Notes under the pieces: generated by a model
The model's database searches: none
The model's input: only the letters and a program-made list of their open reading frames with translations
What the model was told of the DNA's origin: nothing
Position numbers and translations under genes: made by a program
Source of the DNA: an uncultured Acidobacteriota bacterium
GTDB taxonomy: Bacteria; Acidobacteriota; Thermoanaerobaculia; UBA5066; DATFVB01
Length of the DNA: 64,000 nucleotides
Direction: 5' to 3'
Assembly (NCBI GenBank): GCA_963714035.1
Contig: OY970224.1
Coordinates: forward strand, 1,375,688 to 1,439,687
Part shown: positions 20,168 through 28,902 of the stretch, one piece after another
Numbering within the stretch: position 1 is the stretch's first letter
Layout of the letters: each line of letters opens with the position of its first letter

Positions 20168-21286
20168 ATGACCCCGGACTCCTTCGACGCGATCGTCGTC
20201 GGCGCCGGGATCGTCGGGGCCGCCTGCGCCGAGGCTTTGTCGGCCGACGGAATGCGCGTCGCGGTCCTCGACGCGGCGTTCCCCGGCGGCGGCACGACGG
20301 CCGCGGGAATGGGCCATCTCGTCGCGATGGACGACTCCGAGCCCCAGCTCGCGTTGACGGGCTGGTCGAATCGGCTCTGGAAGGAGCGGGCAAGCTCCCT
20401 GCCCGCGGCCTGCGAGATGGATCCCTGCGGAACGCTCTGGGTCGCCGAAGACGGCCCGCAGATGGCCGAAGTCGAACGGAAGCGCGAGCGCTACGAGTCC
20501 CACGGCATCGCCGCGGAGGCTCTCGGACCGGCGGAGCTCGCGCGCGCCGAGCCGAACCTCCGCCCGGGCCTCGCGGGCGCGCTCCGGGTCCCGGGAGACG
20601 CGGTCCTGTATCCCCCGGGGGCCGCACGCGCGCTGCTCCAGTCGGCGCGAGCGCGCGGAGCGATCGTGCGGGCGGGGACGGAGGTGCGCGCGATCGGACC
20701 CGGCGAGGTCGAAACGGCGGCCGGAAACGTTCGCGCGCCGGTCGTCGTCAATGCGGCCGGTCCGCGCGCCGCCGAGCTCACGCCCGGGCTTCCCATCGTC
20801 CCGAGGAAGGGCCATCTGGTCATCACCGACCGCTACCCCGGTTTCTGCCGCCACGAGATCGTCGAGCTCGGATACCTCGCGAGCGCGCACAGGATGACCG
20901 CGGAATCCGTCGCCTTCAACGTCCAGCCGCGGGCGACCGGCCAGATCCTCATCGGCTCGTCCCGCGAGCTCGTCGGCTGGGACGCGGCCGTCAACCCGCG
21001 GGTCCTTTCGAAAATGCTCTCGCGCGCCCTCGATTTCCTTCCTTCTCTTCGCGCGCTCTCGGCGATCCGTACCTGGACCGGCTTCCGCCCGGCCACTCCC
21101 GACAGGCTTCCGATCATCGGCCGATGGCGGGGCGTGGACGGCCTCTGGATCGCGGCGGGACACGAGGGCCTCGGAATCACGACGTCGCTCGGCACGGGCC
21201 GGCTGATCGCGGACCTCGTCGCGGGGCGGCGGCCGCCGATCGACCCGGCGCCGTTCGATCCGAACCGCTCCGCCGCGGCCGCATGA
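20168..21286 (+). CDS. FAD-dependent oxidoreductase, beta subunit of a D-hydroxyproline dehydrogenase-like (opine-oxidase/HcnC-type) complex
   Basis: Dinucleotide fold DAIVVGAGIVGAACA at the chosen ATG 20168. ORF table starts at 20087, which would add 27 poorly conserved residues. DAO-family body. Confidence 0.75.
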   Translation: MTPDSFDAIVVGAGIVGAACAEALSADGMRVAVLDAAFPGGGTTAAGMGHLVAMDDSEPQLALTGWSNRLWKERASSLPAACEMDPCGTLWVAEDGPQMAEVERKRERYESHGIAAEALGPAELARAEPNLRPGLAGALRVPGDAVLYPPGAARALLQSARARGAIVRAGTEVRAIGPGEVETAAGNVRAPVVVNAAGPRAAELTPGLPIVPRKGHLVITDRYPGFCRHEIVELGYLASAHRMTAESVAFNVQPRATGQILIGSSRELVGWDAAVNPRVLSKMLSRALDFLPSLRALSAIRTWTGFRPATPDRLPIIGRWRGVDGLWIAAGHEGLGITTSLGTGRLIADLVAGRRPPIDPAPFDPNRSAAAA

Positions 21287-21537
21287 ACGAGTTTCCCCGC
21301 GTCCCGATCGTCGTCGACGATCGCCCCATCTCGGCGGAGGCGGGAACGACCGTCGCCGCCGCGCTCGTCAACGCGGGCGTCTCGGCTTTTCGCGGCTCGG
21401 TCACCGGCGCCCCGCGCGGGCCGCTCTGCGGAATGGGGATCTGCCACGAATGCCGCGTCACGATCGACGGCATCGCGCAGCGCCGCTCGTGCATGATCGA
21501 AGTGGCCGCGGGAATGCGGATCGAGACCCGTGGCTGA
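21283..21537 (+). CDS. 2Fe-2S ferredoxin-like small (gamma) subunit of the three-component oxidase
   Basis: 84 aa with Cys cluster CGMGICHECRV...C. ATGA overlap with the upstream gene. Confidence 0.75.
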   Translation: MNEFPRVPIVVDDRPISAEAGTTVAAALVNAGVSAFRGSVTGAPRGPLCGMGICHECRVTIDGIAQRRSCMIEVAAGMRIETRG

Positions 21538-22810
21538 ATCGCTCGCCGCGGACGTCGCGGTCGTGGGGGGTGGCCCGGCGGGAATCGCCGCCGCCGCCGT
21601 CGCGGCCGAGGCGGGAAAGCGGGTGCTGCTCCTCGAGGAGAACCCTCGCCCGGGCGGGCAGATCTGGCGGCATCGGGCAGGCGCGATCCCCCCGAAGGCT
21701 CGGCGCTGGATCGACCGTCTGGCCCGTTCGGGAGCGGTCCGCGTACCCGGCGCGGCCGTGCACGCGATCTCGGGAGCGTTCACGCTCTCCGCCGAAAGCG
21801 CCGGCGCGGCGATCACCGTCTCCGCGAAGACGCTCGTCGTCGCGACGGGCGCGCGCGAGCGATTTCTCCCGTTTCCGGGCTGGACCCTCCCGAACGTGAT
21901 CGGGATCGGCGGAGCGCAGGCGCTGCTGAAATCGGGCGTCTCTTTCTCCCAACGCCGCATCGTGATCGCCGGATCGGGTCCCCTCATCCTTCCCGTCGCG
22001 GCGTCGCTCGCGCGCGCCGGAGCCCGAATCGCCCTCGCCGCGGAGCAGGCGCCGGGCGGCGCCGTGATTCGCTTCGGCCTCGGGCTGTGGCGAGCTCCGG
22101 GACTGCTCGCCGACGCCGCGGGTTACCGCCGCGCCTTTCTCCGCACGCCCTACCGGTTCGGAACATGGGTGCTCGAAGCGCGCGGACGCGACCGGGTCGA
22201 GGAGGTCGTCGTCACCGACGGCAACGTGACGTGGACCGAGCGCTGCGATGTCCTCTGCACGGGATTCGGGCTCGTTCCGGCGACCGAGCTCGCCCGCCTC
22301 GCCGGATGCCGGATCGACGGCGACGCCGTCGCGGTCGACGAGCGGCAGGGCACATCCGTCGAGGGCGTTTTCTGCGTCGGCGAGGCATGCGGCGTCGGCG
22401 GCGTGGAGAAGGCGCTCGCCGAAGGCCAGGTCGCCGGGTGCGCCGCCGCCGGCCGGTCGCCGCGGCGCGGACCGGTAGCCGCCGCGCGCCGCGGTCGCCG
22501 CCACGCCGCCGCGCTCGATCGGGCGTTCCGGCTCCGGGAGGAGCTCCGTTCCCTTCCCCGGCCCGACACGATCGTCTGTCGCTGCGAAGACGTCCTGACC
22601 GCCGCACTCACCGCCGCCGGCTCCGCGCGGGAGGCGAAGCTCGCGGTCCGGGCGGGAATGGGCCCCTGCCAGGGGCGCGTCTGCGGCCCCGCGCTCCAAT
22701 ACCTTTTCGGCTGGGAATCGGATACCGTCCGCGTGCCGATCTCCCCCGTTTCGATCGGGACGCTCGCGGCGATCGACGCCGAAGCGCCTCCGCGCAAGGA
22801 GGGCGAATGA
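21530..22810 (+). CDS. FAD/NAD(P)-binding pyridine-nucleotide-disulfide-type oxidoreductase, alpha subunit (HcnB/OoxA/LhpF-like)
   Basis: VAVVGGGPAGIAAA and a second Rossmann stretch IVIAGSGPLILPVAASL; C-terminal Cys-rich segment (IVCRCEDV, GPCQGRVCGP). GTG start 21530 overlaps the gamma-subunit stop by 8 nt. Confidence 0.8.
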   Translation: MAESLAADVAVVGGGPAGIAAAAVAAEAGKRVLLLEENPRPGGQIWRHRAGAIPPKARRWIDRLARSGAVRVPGAAVHAISGAFTLSAESAGAAITVSAKTLVVATGARERFLPFPGWTLPNVIGIGGAQALLKSGVSFSQRRIVIAGSGPLILPVAASLARAGARIALAAEQAPGGAVIRFGLGLWRAPGLLADAAGYRRAFLRTPYRFGTWVLEARGRDRVEEVVVTDGNVTWTERCDVLCTGFGLVPATELARLAGCRIDGDAVAVDERQGTSVEGVFCVGEACGVGGVEKALAEGQVAGCAAAGRSPRRGPVAAARRGRRHAAALDRAFRLREELRSLPRPDTIVCRCEDVLTAALTAAGSAREAKLAVRAGMGPCQGRVCGPALQYLFGWESDTVRVPISPVSIGTLAAIDAEAPPRKEGE

Positions 22811-23709
22811 ACCGGACCGACTGGAAAGGGGTCTTCCCCGCGATCACGACGCCGTTCCGCGAAGGGCTCGCCGTCGATTTCGATTTCCTGCGCGAGCACG
22901 TCCGCTGGCTCCTCGAAAAGGGATGTTCGGGAATCGTTCCGCTGGGATCGCTCGGGGAATCCGCGACGCTCACGCTCGACGAGAAGCTCGCGATCCTGCA
23001 GACCTGCCGCGAAGCGGCCGGCGGCCGGGCGCCGGTGATCGCGGGAGTCGCCGGCCTTTCTACGGCCGAATGCGTCGCCCTCGCCCGGGGCGCGGAGGAG
23101 ACGGGGTGCGATGGCCTGATGGTCCTCCCCGCCTACGTGTATCGCGGGGACACCCGCGAGAGCGAGGCGCACGCCGCCGCCGTCCTCGACGCGACGGCCC
23201 TCCCCTGCATGCTCTACAACAACCCGATCGCCTACGGGACGGACTTCCTGCCGGCTCAGATCGCGACGCTCGCGCGCCGGCACCCGAACCTCCACGCCGT
23301 CAAGGAATCGGCCGGCGACGTCCGGCGCGTGACGGGGATCCGCGAGATCGCCGACGACCGCCTCGCGATCTTCGTCGGCATCGACGACATGATCGTCGAG
23401 GGGATCGCGGCTGGCGCCGTCGGCTGGATCGCCGGCCTCGTCAACGCGTTCCCGGCGGAGTCCGTCCTTCTCTTCGATCTCGCGATGCGCGGCGATCACG
23501 AGGAGGCGAGGCGACTCTACGAATGGTTCCTTCCGCTCCTGCGGCTCGACACGGTCCCGAAGTTCGTCCAGCTCATCAAGCTCGTGCAGCAGGAGGTCGG
23601 GCGCGGCAGCGAGCGCGTCCGCCCGCCGCGCCTGCCGCTCACGGGCGAGGAGCGCGAGGCGGCGTTCGACGTGATCCGGGGCGCGGTGCGCGCCCGCGTG
23701 ACGCTCTAA
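22807..23709 (+). CDS. Dihydrodipicolinate synthase family protein; by context delta1-pyrroline-4-hydroxy-2-carboxylate deaminase
   Basis: DHDPS/NAL family fold (GVFPAITTPF, ...VKESAGD... with Schiff-base Lys). ATGA overlap with the upstream gene. Confidence 0.85.
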   Translation: MNRTDWKGVFPAITTPFREGLAVDFDFLREHVRWLLEKGCSGIVPLGSLGESATLTLDEKLAILQTCREAAGGRAPVIAGVAGLSTAECVALARGAEETGCDGLMVLPAYVYRGDTRESEAHAAAVLDATALPCMLYNNPIAYGTDFLPAQIATLARRHPNLHAVKESAGDVRRVTGIREIADDRLAIFVGIDDMIVEGIAAGAVGWIAGLVNAFPAESVLLFDLAMRGDHEEARRLYEWFLPLLRLDTVPKFVQLIKLVQQEVGRGSERVRPPRLPLTGEEREAAFDVIRGAVRARVTL

Positions 23710-23745
23710 ACGGGCCCGCGGCGAGACGCCGCTCGCTGGCGCCGC

Positions 23746-25161
23746 TCAGCGCCCGCGAATCGTCTTTTCGACGTCGTTCGTTTCCCGAGGCGCTGCACAG
23801 GAAAGGCAGTCCATTCCGGAGGCGATCACGAGGACGTCGTCCTCGATCCGGACGCCGATGTTCCACCACTTCGGATCGACGTCCTTGGCGTGCTCCGGGA
23901 TGTAGATCCCCGGCTCGACCGTGAACGCCATCCCGGGTTCGAGCCGCGCCTGCGCGAGCGAGTAGCGCTCGAGACGGGGAGCATCGGGATTGGAGATCGC
24001 GTAGCTCCCGACGTCGTGGACGTCCATCCCGAGCCAGTGCGACGAGCCGTGCGGATAGAAAGCCGTGTACGCGCGCGTCTTCATGATTTCAGCCCGGTCG
24101 CCGTGGAGGATCCCGAGCCGCAGGAGCCCGTCCACGACGACGTCGACGGTCGCGTCGTGGACCTCGTGGAACGCGGCACCCGGACGGACCTTCGCGAAGC
24201 CCGCTTTCTGCGCCGCGAGCACGAGGTCGTAGATGGCCCGCTGTTCCGGTGAGAACCTCCCGGAAACCGGATAGCTCCGCGTGACGTCGGCCGCGTACAT
24301 GCCGTACTCGCAGGCGGAGTCGTTGACGATCGTCTCCCCGGCGCTCATTCGCCGGTCGTCGCGTTCGTAGTGCAGGATCACCGAGTTCGGACCCGATCCC
24401 ACGATCGAGGGATATGCCATCCGCAGCGCGCCGCCTGCCGTGCAGACCGATTCGAGCGCCGCGCGCACCTCGTACTCGTACTTCCCCGGACGGACGGCCT
24501 TCATCGCCGCGATGTGGCCTTCCGCGGAGAGCTCGGCGGCGCGGCGAAGGAGAGATTGCTCGGTCGCGTCCTTGACGAGCCGCAGGCGATGGACGAGCGG
24601 ACCGGCTTCCGCCGAAGGGCGGAGCTCCGCCGACTGGGCGTCGGCCGTCTCCCATGCGTCGTGGAGCTTTCCGCGGAACGCCGAGTCGCCGCCGTCGCTC
24701 CAGAGCAGCATCCGCGCGCCGCGCCAGAGACCCGGGATCTCCTTCCAGAAGTCCGCGGCGGCGTACGACGCGTCCGCGCGGAAGTCCGATTTCGCGCCCT
24801 CCAGTCCGGTGCGCCACCCGGTCCACTGCTCGGAAGCGAAGTCGCGGGGCCGCACGAACAGGAGGTACCGCGGTCCTTCGGCCGCGCCCGGCCGAAGGAC
24901 GAGGATCGCATCGGGCTCCGAGAGCCCGGTGAGGTACCAGAAGTCGGAGCTCTGGCGGTACAGGATGCCGACCTCCGACGCGACGTCGGGCGCCGCGCGG
25001 AAGACCGCGATCGACCCCGCCGGCATCGCCGCGAGGAACGCGGCGCGATGCGCCGCGAAGAACTCCGGGCCGGGCGCCGGAGCGGGCGAAGCCGCAGGGG
25101 CGCTCGCCGAAAACAGGAGGGCCGCCATCGCGGCCACGGAAGCAAAGCGGATCGTTCGCAT
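23746..25161 (-). CDS. Secreted Xaa-Pro aminopeptidase (M24B family)
   Basis: Signal peptide MRTIRFASVAAMAALLFSASAPAASPA; M24 metal ligands/motifs (YPSIVGSGPNSVILHY, HGSSHWLGMDVHDVG, EPGIYIPE). Strong GGAGG RBS. Its start lies 10 nt downstream of the fabD stop. Confidence 0.85.
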   Translation of the reverse strand: MRTIRFASVAAMAALLFSASAPAASPAPAPGPEFFAAHRAAFLAAMPAGSIAVFRAAPDVASEVGILYRQSSDFWYLTGLSEPDAILVLRPGAAEGPRYLLFVRPRDFASEQWTGWRTGLEGAKSDFRADASYAAADFWKEIPGLWRGARMLLWSDGGDSAFRGKLHDAWETADAQSAELRPSAEAGPLVHRLRLVKDATEQSLLRRAAELSAEGHIAAMKAVRPGKYEYEVRAALESVCTAGGALRMAYPSIVGSGPNSVILHYERDDRRMSAGETIVNDSACEYGMYAADVTRSYPVSGRFSPEQRAIYDLVLAAQKAGFAKVRPGAAFHEVHDATVDVVVDGLLRLGILHGDRAEIMKTRAYTAFYPHGSSHWLGMDVHDVGSYAISNPDAPRLERYSLAQARLEPGMAFTVEPGIYIPEHAKDVDPKWWNIGVRIEDDVLVIASGMDCLSCAAPRETNDVEKTIRGR

Positions 25162-25171
25162 TTTTCCTCCT

Positions 25172-26101
25172 TCAGGCGGAGATCTGGTCCGCTCTGCCGA
25201 TCGATGCGACGGGGAATTCCTTCCGGATGCGCCGGACGAGCCCCGAGAGGACCGCCCCGGGTCCCATTTCCAGGCCTTCGGTGACGCCCATGGCGGCGAG
25301 CCGCTCGACGGATTCGACCCAGCGGACCGGAGAGGCCACCTGCCGGGCGAGGGCGGCGCGCAATTCGACGGAATTCCTCGCCTCGCGCGCGTCGACGTTC
25401 GTCACGACGGGAATCCGGGGATCGGCGATCGCGAGTCCCTGCAGCACCGGCAGGAGCCGGTCCGCCGCCGGCTGCATGAGCGCGCAGTGGAAGGGCGCGG
25501 AGACGGGGAGAGGAACGGCCTTCTTCGCGCCGCGCTCGCGGCAGAGCTCCGAGGCCCGCGCGACGGCCTCCGCGTGCCCGGCGATGACCGTTTGCTCCGG
25601 CGAGTTGTAGTTGGCGGGCCCGACGATCTTCCCGGTCTCGACCGCCGCGTCCTCGCACGCGGAACCGACCGCCTCGGCCGCGAGCCCGAGGATCGCCGCC
25701 ATCGCGCCGATTCCTTCCGGCACCGCTTCCTGCATGAACCGGCCGCGCTCGTGGACGGTCCGGACGGCGTCGGAAAAAGACAGGGCTCCCGCCGCGACTC
25801 CCGCGGAATATTCGCCGAGCGAATGCCCGGCCGCCGCGGCCGCTCCGGCGAGCCTTTCCGGACGGCGCGCTTCGAGCACGCGCAGGACCGCGATCGAGTG
25901 CGTCAGGATCGCCGGCTGCGTGTTCGCGGTGCGCCGGAGGTCCTTCTCCGGTCCGTCGAAGCAGATCCGCGAGATCGCGAACCCGAGGGCGGCGTCGGCT
26001 TCGTCGAAGACGGCTTTCGCCTCGGGGAAGGCGTCGCAGAGGTCCTTTCCCATTCCGACGGACTGCGATCCCTGGCCGGGGAAAAGGAGCGCGAGCGGCA
26101 T
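25172..26101 (-). CDS. fabD: Malonyl-CoA:ACP transacylase
   Basis: LLFPGQGSQSVGMG, GHSLGEYSA active-site Ser motif. Confidence 0.9.
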   Translation of the reverse strand: MPLALLFPGQGSQSVGMGKDLCDAFPEAKAVFDEADAALGFAISRICFDGPEKDLRRTANTQPAILTHSIAVLRVLEARRPERLAGAAAAAGHSLGEYSAGVAAGALSFSDAVRTVHERGRFMQEAVPEGIGAMAAILGLAAEAVGSACEDAAVETGKIVGPANYNSPEQTVIAGHAEAVARASELCRERGAKKAVPLPVSAPFHCALMQPAADRLLPVLQGLAIADPRIPVVTNVDAREARNSVELRAALARQVASPVRWVESVERLAAMGVTEGLEMGPGAVLSGLVRRIRKEFPVASIGRADQISA

Positions 26102-26105
26102 GGGG

Positions 26106-27089
26106 CTACCAGCGCATCAGGGCCGCGCCCCACGTGAGGCCGGCGCCGAACGCGGTCATCAGCACGAGGTCGCCGCTCTTGACGCGCCCGCCGCGCGCGC
26201 ATTCGTCGAGCGCGATCGGGATCGACGCCGCCGACGTGTTTCCGTAGCGCTCGATGTTCTTGTAGACCTTGTTGGTGTCGATCTTGAGCTGCTTGCCGAC
26301 GGCGTCGATGATCCGCTCGTTCGCCTGGTGCGGGATGAAGAGCTGGATGTCGTCGTGCGTGAACCCCTGCTCCTCGAGGACCTCTTCGGAGACCTCGGCC
26401 ATCGCGCGCACCGCGACTTTGAAGGTTTCGTTCCCCTTCATCTTGATGAACGGGAGCCGCTCGTCGATCGAGGCCGGATCGTTCGCGGGGCGCGACGAGC
26501 CTCCGCCCGGCATGCAGATGAAGTCGCCGTAGTTGCCGTTGGACTTCATCGAGGAGCCGAGGATCCCGTGGTCGCCGCGCGTCGCCTGGAGGACCGCCGC
26601 GCCCGCCCCGTCGCCGAAGAGCACGCAGGTCGAGCGGTCGGTCCAGTCGACGTATCGGGAAAGGATCTCGCCGCCGACGAGGAGCACGTTGCCGGCCTTG
26701 CCCGACTGGATGAGGCCGTCGGCGAGGTGGAGGCCGTAGAGGAATCCGGTGCAGGCGGCGGAGAGATCCGAAGCCGCCGCCCTGACCGCGCCGATGTTGT
26801 TCTGGACGAGACATGCCGTCGACGGAAAGAGCATGTCGGAGGAGACGGTTCCGACGAGCACCATGTCGAGGTCCGCGGCAGCGACGCCGGCCGCGTCGAG
26901 CGCCCGCTGGGCCGCGCGCGTGGCGAGCTCGGAGAACTTCTCGCCCGGCGCGACGATGTGCCGCTCCTTGATCCCGGTCCGGGTCGTGATCCACTCGTCG
27001 GACGTCTCGACGATCTTCTCGAGGTCGGCGTTGGTGAGCAGGCGCTCGGGCACGCAGGAGCCCGTTCCGACGATCCTGGCTCTCAGCAT
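26106..27089 (-). CDS. fabH: 3-oxoacyl-[ACP] synthase III
   Basis: RIVGTGSCVPE..., active-site Cys in AACTGF; C-terminal HQAN and GNTSAASIPIAL. Confidence 0.9.
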   Translation of the reverse strand: MLRARIVGTGSCVPERLLTNADLEKIVETSDEWITTRTGIKERHIVAPGEKFSELATRAAQRALDAAGVAAADLDMVLVGTVSSDMLFPSTACLVQNNIGAVRAAASDLSAACTGFLYGLHLADGLIQSGKAGNVLLVGGEILSRYVDWTDRSTCVLFGDGAGAAVLQATRGDHGILGSSMKSNGNYGDFICMPGGGSSRPANDPASIDERLPFIKMKGNETFKVAVRAMAEVSEEVLEEQGFTHDDIQLFIPHQANERIIDAVGKQLKIDTNKVYKNIERYGNTSAASIPIALDECARGGRVKSGDLVLMTAFGAGLTWGAALMRW

Positions 27090-27280
27090 CTCGGTCGATT
27101 ATGACAGGGTTGGCCGTAGCGGCAATTCCCGAAAATCGCGCCCCGCCTGCCGTGAATGTCGGTTCAGATCGGCGGTGAGGCACGAGCCCCCGACTCGGAG
27201 CCTTGTCGTCCCGGCGGGCGCTGGAGCGGTCGAGCCCGATGCGCGCGAAGCGAGCCGCCGCTCTACGTCTTCCCGCTCTC

Positions 27281-27420
27281 GGTGGGGCGCCGGAGCGGTC
27301 GAGCCGGGAAGGCGAGCCGCGGAGGTCACCGCGCGATTAGTCTCCGCGAGTAACCGAGCGGAGGAGGATCGCGCGGTGGGAGGCCGAGCGGTTCCAGCGG
27401 AGCGTGCCGCTCGGCCGACG
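27281..27420. repeat. Structured REP-like repeat, family A, copy 1 (tandem with copy 2; period 260 bp)
   Basis: 140-nt core ~98% identical to 27541-27680. Contains nested perfect helices caccgcgcgat/atcgcgcggtg (27328-27338 / 27368-27378) and ctccgc/gcggag (27342-27347 / 27358-27363). Confidence 0.85.
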
Positions 27421-27540
27421 GGCGCAAGTGGAGCCGGGCCACGAATCGGTTCGGAACAACCTGAAAGCGCGGTGAGGCGCGAGCCCGGCGGGATGCGGTT
27501 GTCCTGGCCACGCGTTTCCAACTCGGCGGTTTGTCGTCCC

Positions 27541-27680
27541 GTTGGGGCGCCGGAGCGGCCGAGCCGGGAAGGCGAGCCGCGGAGGTCACCGCGCGATTAG
27601 TCTCCGCGAGTAACCGAGCGGAGGAGGATCGCGCGGTGGGAGGCCGAGCGGTTCCAGCGGAGCGTGCCGCTCGGCCGACG
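27541..27680. repeat. Structured REP-like repeat, family A, copy 2; ends 1 nt before the plsX stop codon (27682-27684)
   Basis: Same core as copy 1; located immediately 3' of minus-strand plsX. Confidence 0.85.
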
Positions 27681-27681
27681 G

Positions 27682-28701
27682 TTATTGGACGTGGGCGGAC
27701 TGTTCGCGCGAATGCAGATCCGCGATCGACTCCTGGATCCGCTCGGACATGCGCTTGCGCGAGAACTCGGCGGCGAGCCGGATCGCGTTCTTGATCGCCT
27801 TGGCGGAGGATCGGCCGTGGCCGATGATGCAGCACTTCTTGACCCCCAGGAGCGGCGCGCCGCCATACTCGGAGTAGTCGATGCGCGCCTTGAACGCGCG
27901 GAACGCGGACTTCGACAGGAGGAAGCCGATCGAGGCCTTCGCCGACTTCGTGATCTCCTCGCGGAGCGACTTCTGGATCATCTCCGCCAGCGACTCCGAG
28001 GCCTTCAGCAGGACGTTTCCGGTGAAGCCGTCCGTGACGATCACGTCGCACCGGCCGTTGAACACGTCGTTTCCCTCGACGTTCCCGATGAAGTTGAGGC
28101 CCGTCTCCTTGAGGACCTTGAAGGCCTCTTTCGTCTTGTCGGTCCCTTTCGTGTCCTCCTCACCGATCGACATCAGGCCGATGCGGGGGGCTTCCATGCC
28201 GAAGAGGAGCTGGGCGTAGAGATGGCCCATCACGGCGAATTCCCGGAAGTTGTTGTTCTTGCACTCCGGGTTGGCGCCGACGTCGAGGAGCAGGCAGAAG
28301 CCGGAAACGGTCGGGATGATCGCGGCGAGCGCCGGGCGGTCCACCCCTTCGATGGTCCCGATGACCATCTTGGCCGAAACCATCGCGGCCCCCGTGTGCC
28401 CCGCCGAGACGAGGCCGTCCGCCTTGCCTTCCCGCACGAGCCCGGCCGCCACACGGATCGACGAAAACCGCTTCTTCCGCACCGCCGCGACGGCCGCCTC
28501 GTCCATGCCGACGACCTCGGGAGCTTCGACGATCTCGATCGGGACGCCGCCGGTGTCCTTCCCTTGGAGGAGCGGGGCGATCCGGGCGCGCTGGCCGACC
28601 AGGATCGTCGAGACGCCGAATTCGCGGGCGGCCGCAATCGCCCCGTCGACGTTGACGTCGGGAGCGTGGTCCCCGCCCATGGCATCGACCGCGATCTTCA
28701 T
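27682..28701 (-). CDS. plsX: Phosphate acyltransferase
   Basis: MKIAVDAMGGDHAP...; family-typical GTDKTKE..., GNVLLK motifs. Confidence 0.9.
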   Translation of the reverse strand: MKIAVDAMGGDHAPDVNVDGAIAAAREFGVSTILVGQRARIAPLLQGKDTGGVPIEIVEAPEVVGMDEAAVAAVRKKRFSSIRVAAGLVREGKADGLVSAGHTGAAMVSAKMVIGTIEGVDRPALAAIIPTVSGFCLLLDVGANPECKNNNFREFAVMGHLYAQLLFGMEAPRIGLMSIGEEDTKGTDKTKEAFKVLKETGLNFIGNVEGNDVFNGRCDVIVTDGFTGNVLLKASESLAEMIQKSLREEITKSAKASIGFLLSKSAFRAFKARIDYSEYGGAPLLGVKKCCIIGHGRSSAKAIKNAIRLAAEFSRKRMSERIQESIADLHSREQSAHVQ

Positions 28702-28717
28702 CGGAAGGAAGACGCCG

Positions 28718-28900
28718 TCAGACGTTCTTGATGTCGATGACTTCCTTCCCCTTGTAGTGGCCGCAGTGCGGGCACACCCGATGGGGAAGCTTCGCCTCGT
28801 GGCAGTTCGGACACTCGGACTTCGCCGGAGCGACCAGGAAGTCGTGGGCGCGGCGCTTGTCGCGGCGGGCCTTGCTGTGGCGGTGTTTGGGATTCGGCAT
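28718..28900 (-). CDS. rpmF: 50S ribosomal protein L32
   Basis: [19 protein letters not shown]... with CPNCHE...CPHCGHYKG zinc ribbon. Confidence 0.9.
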   Translation of the reverse strand: MPNPKHRHSKARRDKRRAHDFLVAPAKSECPNCHEAKLPHRVCPHCGHYKGKEVIDIKNV

Positions 28901-28902
28901 CG

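Noticed and set aside
27166-27684. Possible CRISPR array (tandem repeats between plsX and fabH)
   Set aside because: Only two copies with a 260-bp period, 140-nt repeat units and no short unique spacers or cas genes. Interpreted as REP-like structured repeats instead.
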